This document shows positions 47,974 through 55,567 of a stretch of 55,567 bases of DNA, piece after piece. The DNA comes from a virus (taxonomy: Duplodnaviria; Caudoviricetes). The notes beneath the pieces are model-generated. The model searched no databases. It was given only the letters and a program-made list of their open reading frames with translations, and was not told the DNA's origin. The stretch is taken from IMG/VR virus record IMGVR_UViG_3300008259_000060, positions 1 to 55,567 of that record, one strand, 5' to 3'. Within the stretch, counting starts at the first letter, position 1. The number at the start of each line of letters is the position of its first letter. Made by a program: the position numbers and the translations under genes.

Positions 47974-48221
47974 TTCATGGCCCCTGAGCTTGTGCGTTTA
48001 AACGACCGATTGGCCGAGGCCGGTTTCGCTTTGAGGTTGCTGCGAGCAGATGTCCCGCCTTTACTGAGAGGGGTCATGTGATCGACATCCTTGCCGTCAC
48101 CCTTCTTCACGACCCCTTCACGCTCCAACATTCTCCGGGCTTTGTTTCTCTGCGCCCTTTTCTTCTTCACCGCCTCTGTCCCATCGTAGTTGGCGTACTC
48201 TTCTTTGTAGTTCCGTGGCAT
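47970..48221 (-). CDS. Small HNH-like endonuclease
   Basis: MPRNYK.EY...RA.RN.ARR...GDGKDVDH..PLSKGG...SNL....ANRS; AGGAG RBS. Confidence 0.7.
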   Translation of the reverse strand: MPRNYKEEYANYDGTEAVKKKRAQRNKARRMLEREGVVKKGDGKDVDHMTPLSKGGTSARSNLKAKPASANRSFKRTSSGAMK

Positions 48222-48358
48222 TGCGACTCCTGTTACTGGCCCTGATCGAGAGGGGCCATCATGTTGGTGGGGGTACTGGCTACGTCTGTTTGCTCTAGGC
48301 TTGTGGCATAGCGCGTGAAGGTCTCCCAATCACCAGCATCCGCTTTCCCCCCGAAAAT

Positions 48359-48574
48359 TTAACCCTCCAGAGAGAGTTCCGTCTGTTCTGGTGGGCGGTA
48401 GTTCTCCACCTTGACCCCGTTGGTGATCGCATCAACCAAGTCATTCTGACTTGCCATACGAACCACGAACGATGTTTGTGCGACATGAATCAAGGCTTGA
48501 TGCCTTGAAGATGCCCTGACCAGACGGACATTGTTATCCGATGTCCCAACAATGTAAATGCGTTCTTCTCTCAT
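48359..48574 (-). CDS. Hypothetical protein (71 aa)
   Basis: RIY.V....RLVRA....QA..HVA motif; AAGGA RBS. Confidence 0.65.
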   Translation of the reverse strand: MREERIYIVGTSDNNVRLVRASSRHQALIHVAQTSFVVRMASQNDLVDAITNGVKVENYRPPEQTELSLEG

Positions 48575-48632
48575 ACTCTTCCTTTTTTTTGAATGCCTTG
48601 CGGCGCTTGGTTTTGTAGACGTTGATCTACGT

Positions 48633-49112
48633 TTACTTCATAACCAAATGCTTCGCCTTGCTCATGTCAATGTACGCATTACTGCGTATAGCGGTGCGTC
48701 CATTGATAGTTGCTTGGGTCTGCGTGGTGATGATCTTGATGCTGGGCACGTACAGGCCGCAGTCTGATATTGTTTGAACAAGCAGGGTCTCCGATGGAAC
48801 GATGTACAGGAAGCCAATCAGCTTGGTACACATCGCATCAGCAACCTGCTTGCCCCGGGTGATCTTGTCGAACGTGACAAGCCATGAGTTCTCGTAACGC
48901 TCGGTGAACCCGTGAAGGTCTACGTCATAACGGCACTTCGTTTCGACAACCCCGGCAATGACCCCATCCTTCACCAGTAAGGCATCAACATCTGCGGGTT
49001 GATCTTTCTGCGTTTGGATGTAGCTGTACATGGGGTAGTTACTCAGGAAGATGTCCCGTGCTTTCTGCTCATCGGCCAGACTTTGCTGGCCCCGCTTACT
49101 CAGTATGTCCAT
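48633..49112 (-). CDS. PD-(D/E)XK restriction-endonuclease-like protein
   Basis: E..A..., ADVD....VVETKCR motif; start reassigned to ATG 49112. Confidence 0.6.
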   Translation of the reverse strand: MDILSKRGQQSLADEQKARDIFLSNYPMYSYIQTQKDQPADVDALLVKDGVIAGVVETKCRYDVDLHGFTERYENSWLVTFDKITRGKQVADAMCTKLIGFLYIVPSETLLVQTISDCGLYVPSIKIITTQTQATINGRTAIRSNAYIDMSKAKHLVMK

Positions 49113-49524
49113 CTCTGTTGCTCTCTGTTCTTTTACGCCGGATGGATAGTTTCCACCCAAAGACCCCCTACCCCACGGGATGTGAGGAGAAGGGGAAGGT
49201 TCCACCCCTGCAAAGCAGGATCATCATGTGACGGATCGTCCGTCTACCCTCGGCTTGATGATTCGACCAGCCGCACGGATTATTCGGGAACTGCCCCCTA
49301 GACGTGAGTCATACCGTGTCGCGGTTTTCTTCCGAGCGGCCCCACTTGCGGCCCCTGCTGTCGTGCGGAGTACGGAAGTCGTGGAAAGTACAGACGTAAA
49401 AAAGCCGCTTGCAACTGCGATCCCGGTAGCAACCTTGCCTAATACCTCTCAACGGGCATTAGGCAAAGCGGAATCGCATGTGTAAGCGGCTTCAATTTCT
49501 GTCACTTGCTACGGCAACAGCTTC

Positions 49525-49554
49525 ACTGTACCACCACATTTCAACCAGTGTCAA
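49525..49554 (-). promoter_or_regulatory. Sigma70-like promoter TTGACA-18-TACAGT (TGn extended -10) for the replication operon
   Basis: Perfect -35 box; directly precedes the structured leader. Confidence 0.6.
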
Positions 49555-49581
49555 GCACCTTGTTGAAAAATATTTGTCTTC

Positions 49582-49673
49582 GTTGAATGTTGTTGGATGT
49601 TGTTGGACGTTACTGGAACCACGGCAGAACCACGGCAGAACCACGGGGTTCATACAGGGTTCACACAGGGTTT
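49582..49673. repeat. Three consecutive short tandem repeat sets (9, 11 and 11 bp)
   Basis: (GTTGGATGT)-like x3-4; GAACCACGGCA x~3; GGGTTCA(T/C)ACA x2.5. Confidence 0.75.
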
Positions 49674-49854
49674 GCGTTTAAACGCTATGGATATTAATCG
49701 CCAAAAAGGCGAGGGTATCAGAGGTTACAGACGTTACAAGTGGAGTTATGCGTTTAAACATTACAGCTCAACCGGCTGCCTGCGAGCTGCACGCCGGCCT
49801 GCTTTTCGTTTACACTGGCAGGGCAGGGTGTCTCCCCTTGCAGTTGCTTCTCCT

Positions 49855-50289
49855 TCAGCCCCGGCCTTTGCGCTGGGGCTTTTTTATTGGGGCAACGGAC
49901 TCGATCTTCTCCACCAGTATTTCTGCCCGTGGGTTCTCGGGGTCAAGCCCCCAGTACGCATGGCGCTCCTTCACCTGCCTGTCGTTCTCATAGATCAACC
50001 CCTGCATCAGGTCGAGGATCAACGACTCGTCCAAGTCTGGCCTTCGGCTGGCGTAGAAGATGTGCAGAGTAACTCGCAGATCACCCGTCATCAGCGTAGC
50101 CAACGGCTGGCACTGTTGCCGAAAAGCATCAGAGTAGTTCAACGCCTTCTGCGACTTGATCAGACGGGACATCCCCCCGAACTTCACCACCCTCCTGCTG
50201 TTGGCCTTCGATGCTGGCTCACCAAAAATAATTTGCACAAGGGCTTGCAATTCTGGTGTATCATCACTATCATTGGAGATGTCAGTCAT
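49855..50289 (-). CDS. rusA: RusA-like Holliday junction resolvase
   Basis: GEPASKAN..., RRPDLD...DLMQG.IYENDRQV...NPRAEI. True start may be TTG 50250. Confidence 0.75.
   Translation of the reverse strand: MTDISNDSDDTPELQALVQIIFGEPASKANSRRVVKFGGMSRLIKSQKALNYSDAFRQQCQPLATLMTGDLRVTLHIFYASRRPDLDESLILDLMQGLIYENDRQVKERHAYWGLDPENPRAEILVEKIESVAPIKKPQRKGRG
49858..49886 (+). terminator. Rho-independent terminator
   Basis: AGCCCCGG..CTGGGGCT followed by TTTTT. Confidence 0.6.
50245..50273 (+). promoter_or_regulatory. Sigma70-like promoter TTGCAA-17-TATCAT
   Basis: Upstream of the exonuclease RBS (GGAG). Confidence 0.5.
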
Positions 50290-50308
50290 AGCAACCTTTG
50301 GAGAAAAG

Positions 50309-51166
50309 ATGAAAATTACGAACGTTCACAATGTACCAGAACCTCTGGTCACCCTTGCAAAGGCCGAATTTTATAGCAAGGGTGATGCTCAGTACAGCGT
50401 TACAGAGATCATGTCTCCTCCCAAAATCCGCCGCTTGCGGGAGAAGTACTCCGAGCAGATCACGCAGGATGCCAGCGATATGTTGTGGAGCCTGTTGGGC
50501 TCTGCCCTCCATGTGGTGATGGAGCGTGGCGACACCCCGGGCTGGCTCAAGGAAGAGCGCATCTTCGCTGACGTGGACGGGGTCAAGATCAGCGGGGCGA
50601 TCGACCTTCAAGAAGAGACGCCCAAGGGAATCATCATCCACGACTACAAGTTCACCTCTGCGTGGGCAGTGATGCAGGAGAAGGAAGAGTGGGCCGAGCA
50701 GTTGAACATCTATAAGTGGTTGGTCGAGACGGTCAAGAAGAAGAAGGTGGTGGGCCTGAAGATTTGCGCTTTGGTCAGGGACTTCAACCGACACGAAACA
50801 AAGGAAGGCTACCCTGCCGCCCCCATCTGCATGGTGGACATCCCGCTGTGGGACAGCATCAAGACCGAGACCTACATCCGCAACCGTCTTGAGATGCACC
50901 GCGATGCCAAGATGAAGGCCGACTTTGGTGAACAGCAACAAGACTGTTCCAACGAGGAACGCTGGATGTCGGAGACGACATACGCCGTGAAGAGGGAAGG
51001 TCGCAAGACAGCGATCCGTGTTTTTAAAACCATTGAAGAGGCCACGGAACTGGCCGAGAAGGAGAAGGGCTATGTCGAGACAAGAACTGGAGAGCCAAGA
51101 CGATGTGCCGGGAACTTTTGTGGTGTTTCGCAGTGGTGTGAGCAGTACCAAAAAGAGCTTCCTTGA
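50309..51166 (+). CDS. PD-(D/E)XK exonuclease (Cas4/RecB-like)
   Basis: GSALH, EER, ISGAID..IHDYK, QLNIY and C-terminal Cys cluster (RC..FC.V..WC). Confidence 0.8.
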   Translation: MKITNVHNVPEPLVTLAKAEFYSKGDAQYSVTEIMSPPKIRRLREKYSEQITQDASDMLWSLLGSALHVVMERGDTPGWLKEERIFADVDGVKISGAIDLQEETPKGIIIHDYKFTSAWAVMQEKEEWAEQLNIYKWLVETVKKKKVVGLKICALVRDFNRHETKEGYPAAPICMVDIPLWDSIKTETYIRNRLEMHRDAKMKADFGEQQQDCSNEERWMSETTYAVKREGRKTAIRVFKTIEEATELAEKEKGYVETRTGEPRRCAGNFCGVSQWCEQYQKELP

Positions 51167-51446
51167 GAAGAAGAAGCTGTGGTGGGAGTGGCACAAGGCC
51201 AACCCTCAGGTGTGGGAATACTTTGAGCGGTTCGCCTTTGAGGCCATCAGACACAAGCGGGAGAAGATCAGTCACTGGCTGATCATCAACCGGATCAGGT
51301 GGGAGACATCAATCGTTACAACAGGAGAAGACTTCAAAATTTCAAATGACCACATCGCTTTTTACGCACGGCTCTGGAAGGCCAAGCACCCAGAGCACAA
51401 AGACCTTTTTACAACCAAACGAATGATCGGAGAAATACATGATTGA
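51138..51446 (+). CDS. Hypothetical protein
   Basis: WH..NP.VW..F.RFA...IINRIRWE...FKISND..AFYAR motif. Start uncertain. Confidence 0.6.
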   Translation: MSSTKKSFLEKKKLWWEWHKANPQVWEYFERFAFEAIRHKREKISHWLIINRIRWETSIVTTGEDFKISNDHIAFYARLWKAKHPEHKDLFTTKRMIGEIHD

Positions 51447-51750
51447 TGAGCTTGCTAAAGAGTTGGGCGCGGAGGATTGGCCCAAGGGGCTGTACATGAT
51501 CTTTGCCAAAGAAGGAGAGACGCTGATGTGCAGAGTGATTGGGCTTACCCGTACAACCGCCAAGGTTCAGCCTTGGGACTTCATGTTCGGGGGCATTGAC
51601 GAAGATGTTGTTCAAGAGATTGTTTTGGCCGAGTGGGATTCGTTCCACGCCTTTGACGACCTTTGGGACATGGATGATTACCACGACAAAAACTACCCTT
51701 TGACAAACACCGGAGATACAAATGAACCAAGTACCAATGAACCAAGTTGA
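51439..51750 (+). CDS. Hypothetical protein
   Basis: GGAG RBS; overlaps neighbours. Confidence 0.5.
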   Translation: MIDELAKELGAEDWPKGLYMIFAKEGETLMCRVIGLTRTTAKVQPWDFMFGGIDEDVVQEIVLAEWDSFHAFDDLWDMDDYHDKNYPLTNTGDTNEPSTNEPS

Positions 51751-52378
51751 TCTGCTGAAGCTGAACGTCAACGAACACGTTGAGAAGAAACAAAACCTGT
51801 CCTACCTGTCGTGGGCATGGGCATGGGCTGAAGCCCTGAAGGCAGACCCTGCCGCCACGTTTGATGTGCAGACCTTTGACGGCAAGCCCTACATGGAAGT
51901 GAATGGCACGGGCATGGTCTGGGTCACCGTCACCATGTTCGGCAAGCCTATGACCTGTTTCCTGCCTGTGATGGATCACCGCAACAAACCCATCACCAAC
52001 CCTGACGCATTCCAAGTCAACACTGCGCTGATGCGTTGTATGACCAAGGGCTTGGCATTGCACGGGCTGGGCCTGTACATCTACGCCGGGGAAGACCTAC
52101 CCGAAGGTGACGCAGAGCCTGTAATCGTCAAGGCAGTGACCCAGAAGGCCACAGCCGATGTCGAGGTCAACACCGGGAACGCAGATGCGAACGCAGAGTT
52201 GTTCGCCGAGGGAATGATCACCTACACAAACCATTGCGAGGACGCAATGAGTTTAAACCGTTACTGGAAGGCCAACCAAACACAGTTGGATGGTCTCAAG
52301 GTAAGTCACCCTGCTCTCTATGAGCAGGTTCGCAATCGCTTCGCAGAACTCAAGAAGCAATTTTCGGAGAAACAATAA
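51722..52378 (+). CDS. Sak/DUF1071 ssDNA-annealing recombinase
   Basis: VEKK..LSYLSWAWAW, LPVMD.RN, RC..K.LA.HGLGLYIYAGEDLP. Confidence 0.85.
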   Translation: MNQVPMNQVDLLKLNVNEHVEKKQNLSYLSWAWAWAEALKADPAATFDVQTFDGKPYMEVNGTGMVWVTVTMFGKPMTCFLPVMDHRNKPITNPDAFQVNTALMRCMTKGLALHGLGLYIYAGEDLPEGDAEPVIVKAVTQKATADVEVNTGNADANAELFAEGMITYTNHCEDAMSLNRYWKANQTQLDGLKVSHPALYEQVRNRFAELKKQFSEKQ

Positions 52379-52692
52379 TGGCTACTGAATACAAACCCTA
52401 CCCCGACGCAGGTTCCCTCCGCGCATCCAGCGTCAAGAAGGGGCCAAAGTCTCCTGACTACTGGGGCAACATCGCCATCAACCTCAAGGACTTGACCAAC
52501 ATCCATACCGAGGACGGCCTGACTGTCGTCAAGCTGTCTGGATGGAAGAAGGTAGACAAGCAGGGCAAGACTTACCTGTCGATCTCGGTTGACCGCTTCG
52601 TGCCCGAGCAGAAGACTGGTGGCTACACCCGCCAAGAACCACGTCAAGAAGACAGCGTCAACGATGACAACTTGGACGATGTGCCTTTTTAA
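52378..52692 (+). CDS. SSB-like protein
   Basis: PDYWG, LSGWKK, YLSIS; acidic tail ending DDVPF. Confidence 0.7.
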   Translation: MATEYKPYPDAGSLRASSVKKGPKSPDYWGNIAINLKDLTNIHTEDGLTVVKLSGWKKVDKQGKTYLSISVDRFVPEQKTGGYTRQEPRQEDSVNDDNLDDVPF

Positions 52693-52730
52693 AAAGGTAT
52701 ACTCTTGGCATACCGTTTTAAGGAGTAATC

Positions 52731-53204
52731 ATGAAACTATGCCGAGAGTGCAATGTGCAAAAAACTTTAAACGAGTTTTACAAGCATGCCGCGATGAGCG
52801 ATGGGCATTTAAACAAGTGCATATCGTGCGTCAAAACCAGAGTTAATAAGCACAGGGAAAACAACTTGGAAGCTTTGCGCGAATACGACAGGAAGCGATC
52901 TAACGAGCCGCATCGTGTCGAAGCGCGTAAAGCTTATCAACAAACGGACTCAGGGAAGCTTGCAAAGAGGAAGGCGAACCACGCATACCTCAAGCGCTCC
53001 CCAATGGTTTATGCCGCGCACGTCATTGCGAGTAATGCGATGCGTGACGGAAAACTTATACCCGCAAGTTGTTGCTCTGTTTGCGGCTCCGTCGAGAAGA
53101 TTGAAGGTCATCATGATGACTACACAAAGCCGATGGATGTGCGGTGGCTATGCGAGAAGTGTCACAAGTCGTGGCACAAGACGAACAAGCCAATTTATTT
53201 TTGA
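52731..53204 (+). CDS. HNH endonuclease with Zn fingers (possible homing endonuclease)
   Basis: CREC...CISC; CSVCG..EGHHDDY.KP..VRWLC..CH. Confidence 0.75.
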   Translation: MKLCRECNVQKTLNEFYKHAAMSDGHLNKCISCVKTRVNKHRENNLEALREYDRKRSNEPHRVEARKAYQQTDSGKLAKRKANHAYLKRSPMVYAAHVIASNAMRDGKLIPASCCSVCGSVEKIEGHHDDYTKPMDVRWLCEKCHKSWHKTNKPIYF

Positions 53205-53217
53205 AAGGAGAAATCCA

Positions 53218-53604
53218 ATGGCATTGCAATTTGAGGCCAGAAAAGTGGCTATGAAGCAAGACAGAACTGGTTTTGTTTTGACTTTGTCCATACACCCAGA
53301 CGAGCTTCCGGACGAGCTAATCCGTGACTTCGTTGGGGCGCGATACGGTTGCGCGATGGTGCGGATTCAAGATGACGAGTCTGCAACGCCGTACAACAAC
53401 AGGGTTCAGTCGGCAGGGATGCTTTGCAAACAGCCGACCTTCCAAGATTTTCTCAACGTTGACTCAGAGGCTGCAGCTGCGGCGGAGCTGTGTAAACGCT
53501 GTGGCATTGAAAGCCGCACCGAACTGCACGGCAACGAGGTAGCCAAGATGATCTTTGATGACCTGATCAAGGACTACGAGAAGCACCCCAACGATCCGTT
53601 CTAA
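53218..53604 (+). CDS. Hypothetical protein
   Basis: AAGGAG RBS; CGIESR.EL motif. Confidence 0.65.
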   Translation: MALQFEARKVAMKQDRTGFVLTLSIHPDELPDELIRDFVGARYGCAMVRIQDDESATPYNNRVQSAGMLCKQPTFQDFLNVDSEAAAAAELCKRCGIESRTELHGNEVAKMIFDDLIKDYEKHPNDPF

Positions 53605-53613
53605 GGAATACAA

Positions 53614-53937
53614 ATGACATTCACATCGACATACAAACCATTCATGACGTACCTTGAGCCGAAGGAAATCGTCAAGCTCAAACGCTTTTCCAAGGCCCAC
53701 AAGATTCCGATGGCGCAGATCATTCGGGAAGCGATCTATGCCCGTCTGGCCTCTGGCAATCAATACACCAGCGGATTCAACGAGGGTTTGGCCAAGGCCA
53801 GCAAGGTTGTTCACGGCATCGATGCGGCGCAGATGCGCTTCCCATCCGGTATGTCCTTTGCAGAACTCATTGACACCGAGATCAGCAAGCACGTCATACG
53901 CGAAGGAGCAGAGCATGAAGCTGACGGGCAACCGTAA
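53614..53937 (+). CDS. Ribbon-helix-helix-like DNA-binding protein
   Basis: MTYL....LK..S....PMAQIIREAI pattern. Confidence 0.45.
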   Translation: MTFTSTYKPFMTYLEPKEIVKLKRFSKAHKIPMAQIIREAIYARLASGNQYTSGFNEGLAKASKVVHGIDAAQMRFPSGMSFAELIDTEISKHVIREGAEHEADGQP

Positions 53938-54151
53938 TCAGTGCCAATCCTGCAAGGAGTACTTCAACAGCAACTCTGCCTTTGACAAGCACCGAACAGG
54001 AGACCATGGACACAACCGCAGGTGCAGGACGCCACAAGAGATGACTGCCCTTGGGATGCTGGTCAACAGCGCAGGTTTTTGGATCACGGAGAAATACGAT
54101 GGACCAATCAGACAAAGAGACGATGAAAGTGAACAGCCCGAACCTGACTAA
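53915..54151 (+). CDS. FDXHR-type zinc-binding protein
   Basis: CQSC.EYFNS..AFDKHR.G....RRC. Confidence 0.7.
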   Translation: MKLTGNRNQCQSCKEYFNSNSAFDKHRTGDHGHNRRCRTPQEMTALGMLVNSAGFWITEKYDGPIRQRDDESEQPEPD

Positions 54152-54317
54152 CCCCGACTACGTGTACCCGCGCACATTGGATGAAGCCTTTGGTGAGCGT
54201 GGCCCAGTGGTTGAAAAGGACGCAGAGCCTGAGATGTACTGGGATGACAAGCTGATGCTGTGGGTAGCGCCAGCGATTGTGATTTTTCTTATTGTGTTAT
54301 TTATTTTGGAGAACTGA
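54123..54317 (+). CDS. Small C-terminal-TM protein
   Basis: YPRTLDEAF motif plus a hydrophobic tail. Confidence 0.55.
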   Translation: MKVNSPNLTNPDYVYPRTLDEAFGERGPVVEKDAEPEMYWDDKLMLWVAPAIVIFLIVLFILEN

Positions 54318-54319
54318 AA

Positions 54320-54700
54320 ATGGAAGACATTCAAAAACGTGAGTTGATTCGTAGCATCAAGCTGATCCAATCGCTGGGTTGCTCTTTCCGCATCCTATCC
54401 CCAGACGGCGAGTCCTTTGGTGATTTACAGATCGTTGAACCCAAGACCCGCCGACGTTCGCCAAGCAAGTATCCGCATGGATCGCTGACCAAACAAGTAA
54501 AAGATCATTTGGATTTAAACGCTGAGATTGGCGTTGTTCAAAAAATACCCCCCGGCGATTTTGATCTAGAGATGTTGCGGTCCGTTGCTTGCAGTATTTT
54601 GACCGCTGCTTGGGGAAGGGATAGCTACGTCACCATGGCGCGTGGGGATTATTTTGAGGTGATGCGCACAGCGGAGAAAACTGCAGGAGAAACTGTATGA
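54320..54700 (+). CDS. Hypothetical protein
   Basis: GGAG RBS. Confidence 0.6.
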   Translation: MEDIQKRELIRSIKLIQSLGCSFRILSPDGESFGDLQIVEPKTRRRSPSKYPHGSLTKQVKDHLDLNAEIGVVQKIPPGDFDLEMLRSVACSILTAAWGRDSYVTMARGDYFEVMRTAEKTAGETV

Positions 54701-55020
54701 AAAAGCTGATTGCCATAGCTCTGTTGACACTGAGTACTGCGGCATCAGCAACCTTCTACACCGGCAACGACATCAAGAGTCGTCTCGATGGCGGGGATAC
54801 CCATCAAGGTATGCTGGTGCTTGGGTACGTTGCCGGTGTTGTAGACCTTGGCCGTGGAGATTATCACTGCGCCCCCGAGGGGGTAACGCTGGGCCAGTTG
54901 CGTGACATTGCCTACGCAGCAATCAACCGTGACCCAAGCAGTAGGCACCTCAATGGTTCGGTTCTGGTTACCTTGTCCTTGATGGAAGTGTGGCCCTGCA
55001 AGAAGAAGGACAGCCTGTGA
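54697..55020 (+). CDS. Secreted Rap1a/Tai-like immunity-family protein
   Basis: Signal peptide; TGN.I...GYVAGV.D....HC.PEGVT.GQ......P..RH......L...WPC. Confidence 0.75.
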   Translation: MKKLIAIALLTLSTAASATFYTGNDIKSRLDGGDTHQGMLVLGYVAGVVDLGRGDYHCAPEGVTLGQLRDIAYAAINRDPSSRHLNGSVLVTLSLMEVWPCKKKDSL

Positions 55021-55241
55021 AATACCTCGCTGCAATCTGGTTGGTGCTGTCCGTCGTGATCGGCTACGAGCTGACTGGGATGGCGTTTACACGTGGCTTT
55101 GAACAAGGCTACGTCGAGGGGCAGGAGAGAGCGCTTATGTCCCCGCAAGCCCTAGAGACTTGCACAAGGTGGTGGTTCGACGGCAGTGAGGTACGGGCCA
55201 AGCAAGCAATGAATCAATACTGTGAGAGGAACAAGAAATGA
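55017..55241 (+). CDS. Small membrane protein
   Basis: GTGA overlap; N-terminal hydrophobic helix. Confidence 0.5.
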   Translation: MKYLAAIWLVLSVVIGYELTGMAFTRGFEQGYVEGQERALMSPQALETCTRWWFDGSEVRAKQAMNQYCERNKK

Positions 55242-55531
55242 ACGCACAACACACACCGGGTCCGTGGAGGATGCGCGCCGCGATCAAGTCAGATGAGTTT
55301 GATATTCGGGACGAGGGGTCATCCGGCGGGTACGCGCCGATAGCAAAGGTCAAAGGCGACAAGCGGTCAACGATGGAACAAGCGGCTGCAAACGCCCGAC
55401 TGATTGCTGCCGCACCTGATCTTTTGGATGCGCTTCAAACTATGCCGCAAAGCATGTCCGCAACTGATGAAGAGTACTGGGCTTGGGTTGACAAAGCGCG
55501 TGCGGCGATCGACAAAGCAACAGGAGGTTAA
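55238..55531 (+). CDS. Phage hypothetical protein
   Basis: HTPGPW...ANARLIAAAPDLL.AL motif. Confidence 0.7.
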   Translation: MNAQHTPGPWRMRAAIKSDEFDIRDEGSSGGYAPIAKVKGDKRSTMEQAAANARLIAAAPDLLDALQTMPQSMSATDEEYWAWVDKARAAIDKATGG

Positions 55532-55567
55532 GCATGAGCAGCGTACACGCAGTGACACAAGACTTGG

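Noticed and set aside
49582-49673. Possible mini-CRISPR array
   Set aside because: Repeats are 9-11 bp, directly tandem, and have no spacers.
49597-50376. 259-aa plus-strand ORF across the repeat region
   Set aside because: It runs through tandem repeats and a terminator and is antisense to rusA; the sequence is not protein-like.
50309-51166. Cas4-like nuclease as CRISPR evidence
   Set aside because: It lies in a recombination module with Sak and SSB; no array or other cas genes are present.
46279-55567. Absence of DNA polymerase and integrase as a lifestyle clue
   Set aside because: The window is a partial genome, so absence cannot be concluded.

Overview
This window is a 55.6-kb fragment of a tailed dsDNA phage with short-tailed (podovirus-like) gene content and moderately high GC. 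No integrase, DNA polymerase, tRNA or CRISPR array was seen. Positions 1-39.3 kb (minus strand) are the late/virion region: small and large terminase, portal, GroES-like protein, scaffold, major capsid, small basic proteins, head-tail and tail-fibre genes, a lysis cassette, ejection-type proteins, and a >2,619-aa polyvalent protein that the ORF track misses because it runs off the left edge. Positions 39.9-46.2 kb (plus strand) are early genes, including an SprT-like protease / MoxR AAA+ / VWA trio. Positions 46.3-49.1 kb (minus strand) hold a primase-helicase operon behind a ~400-nt structured leader. Positions 50.3-55.5 kb (plus strand) hold recombination and accessory genes (exonuclease, Sak, SSB-like, HNH, Rap1a-like). 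The most striking unexplained signal is the palindrome GTTTAAAC, counted by eye at least 24 times. It appears in promoter spacers and next to a stand-alone LexA-type DNA-binding gene. Other notable items are a six-box DnaA cluster, several structured non-coding RNA candidates, a recurring [aromatic/hydrophobic]-x-x-G-G motif across virion-region proteins, and a multi-enzyme giant protein with ADP-ribosyltransferase-like repeats. All family assignments come from motif recognition by eye, not database searches.
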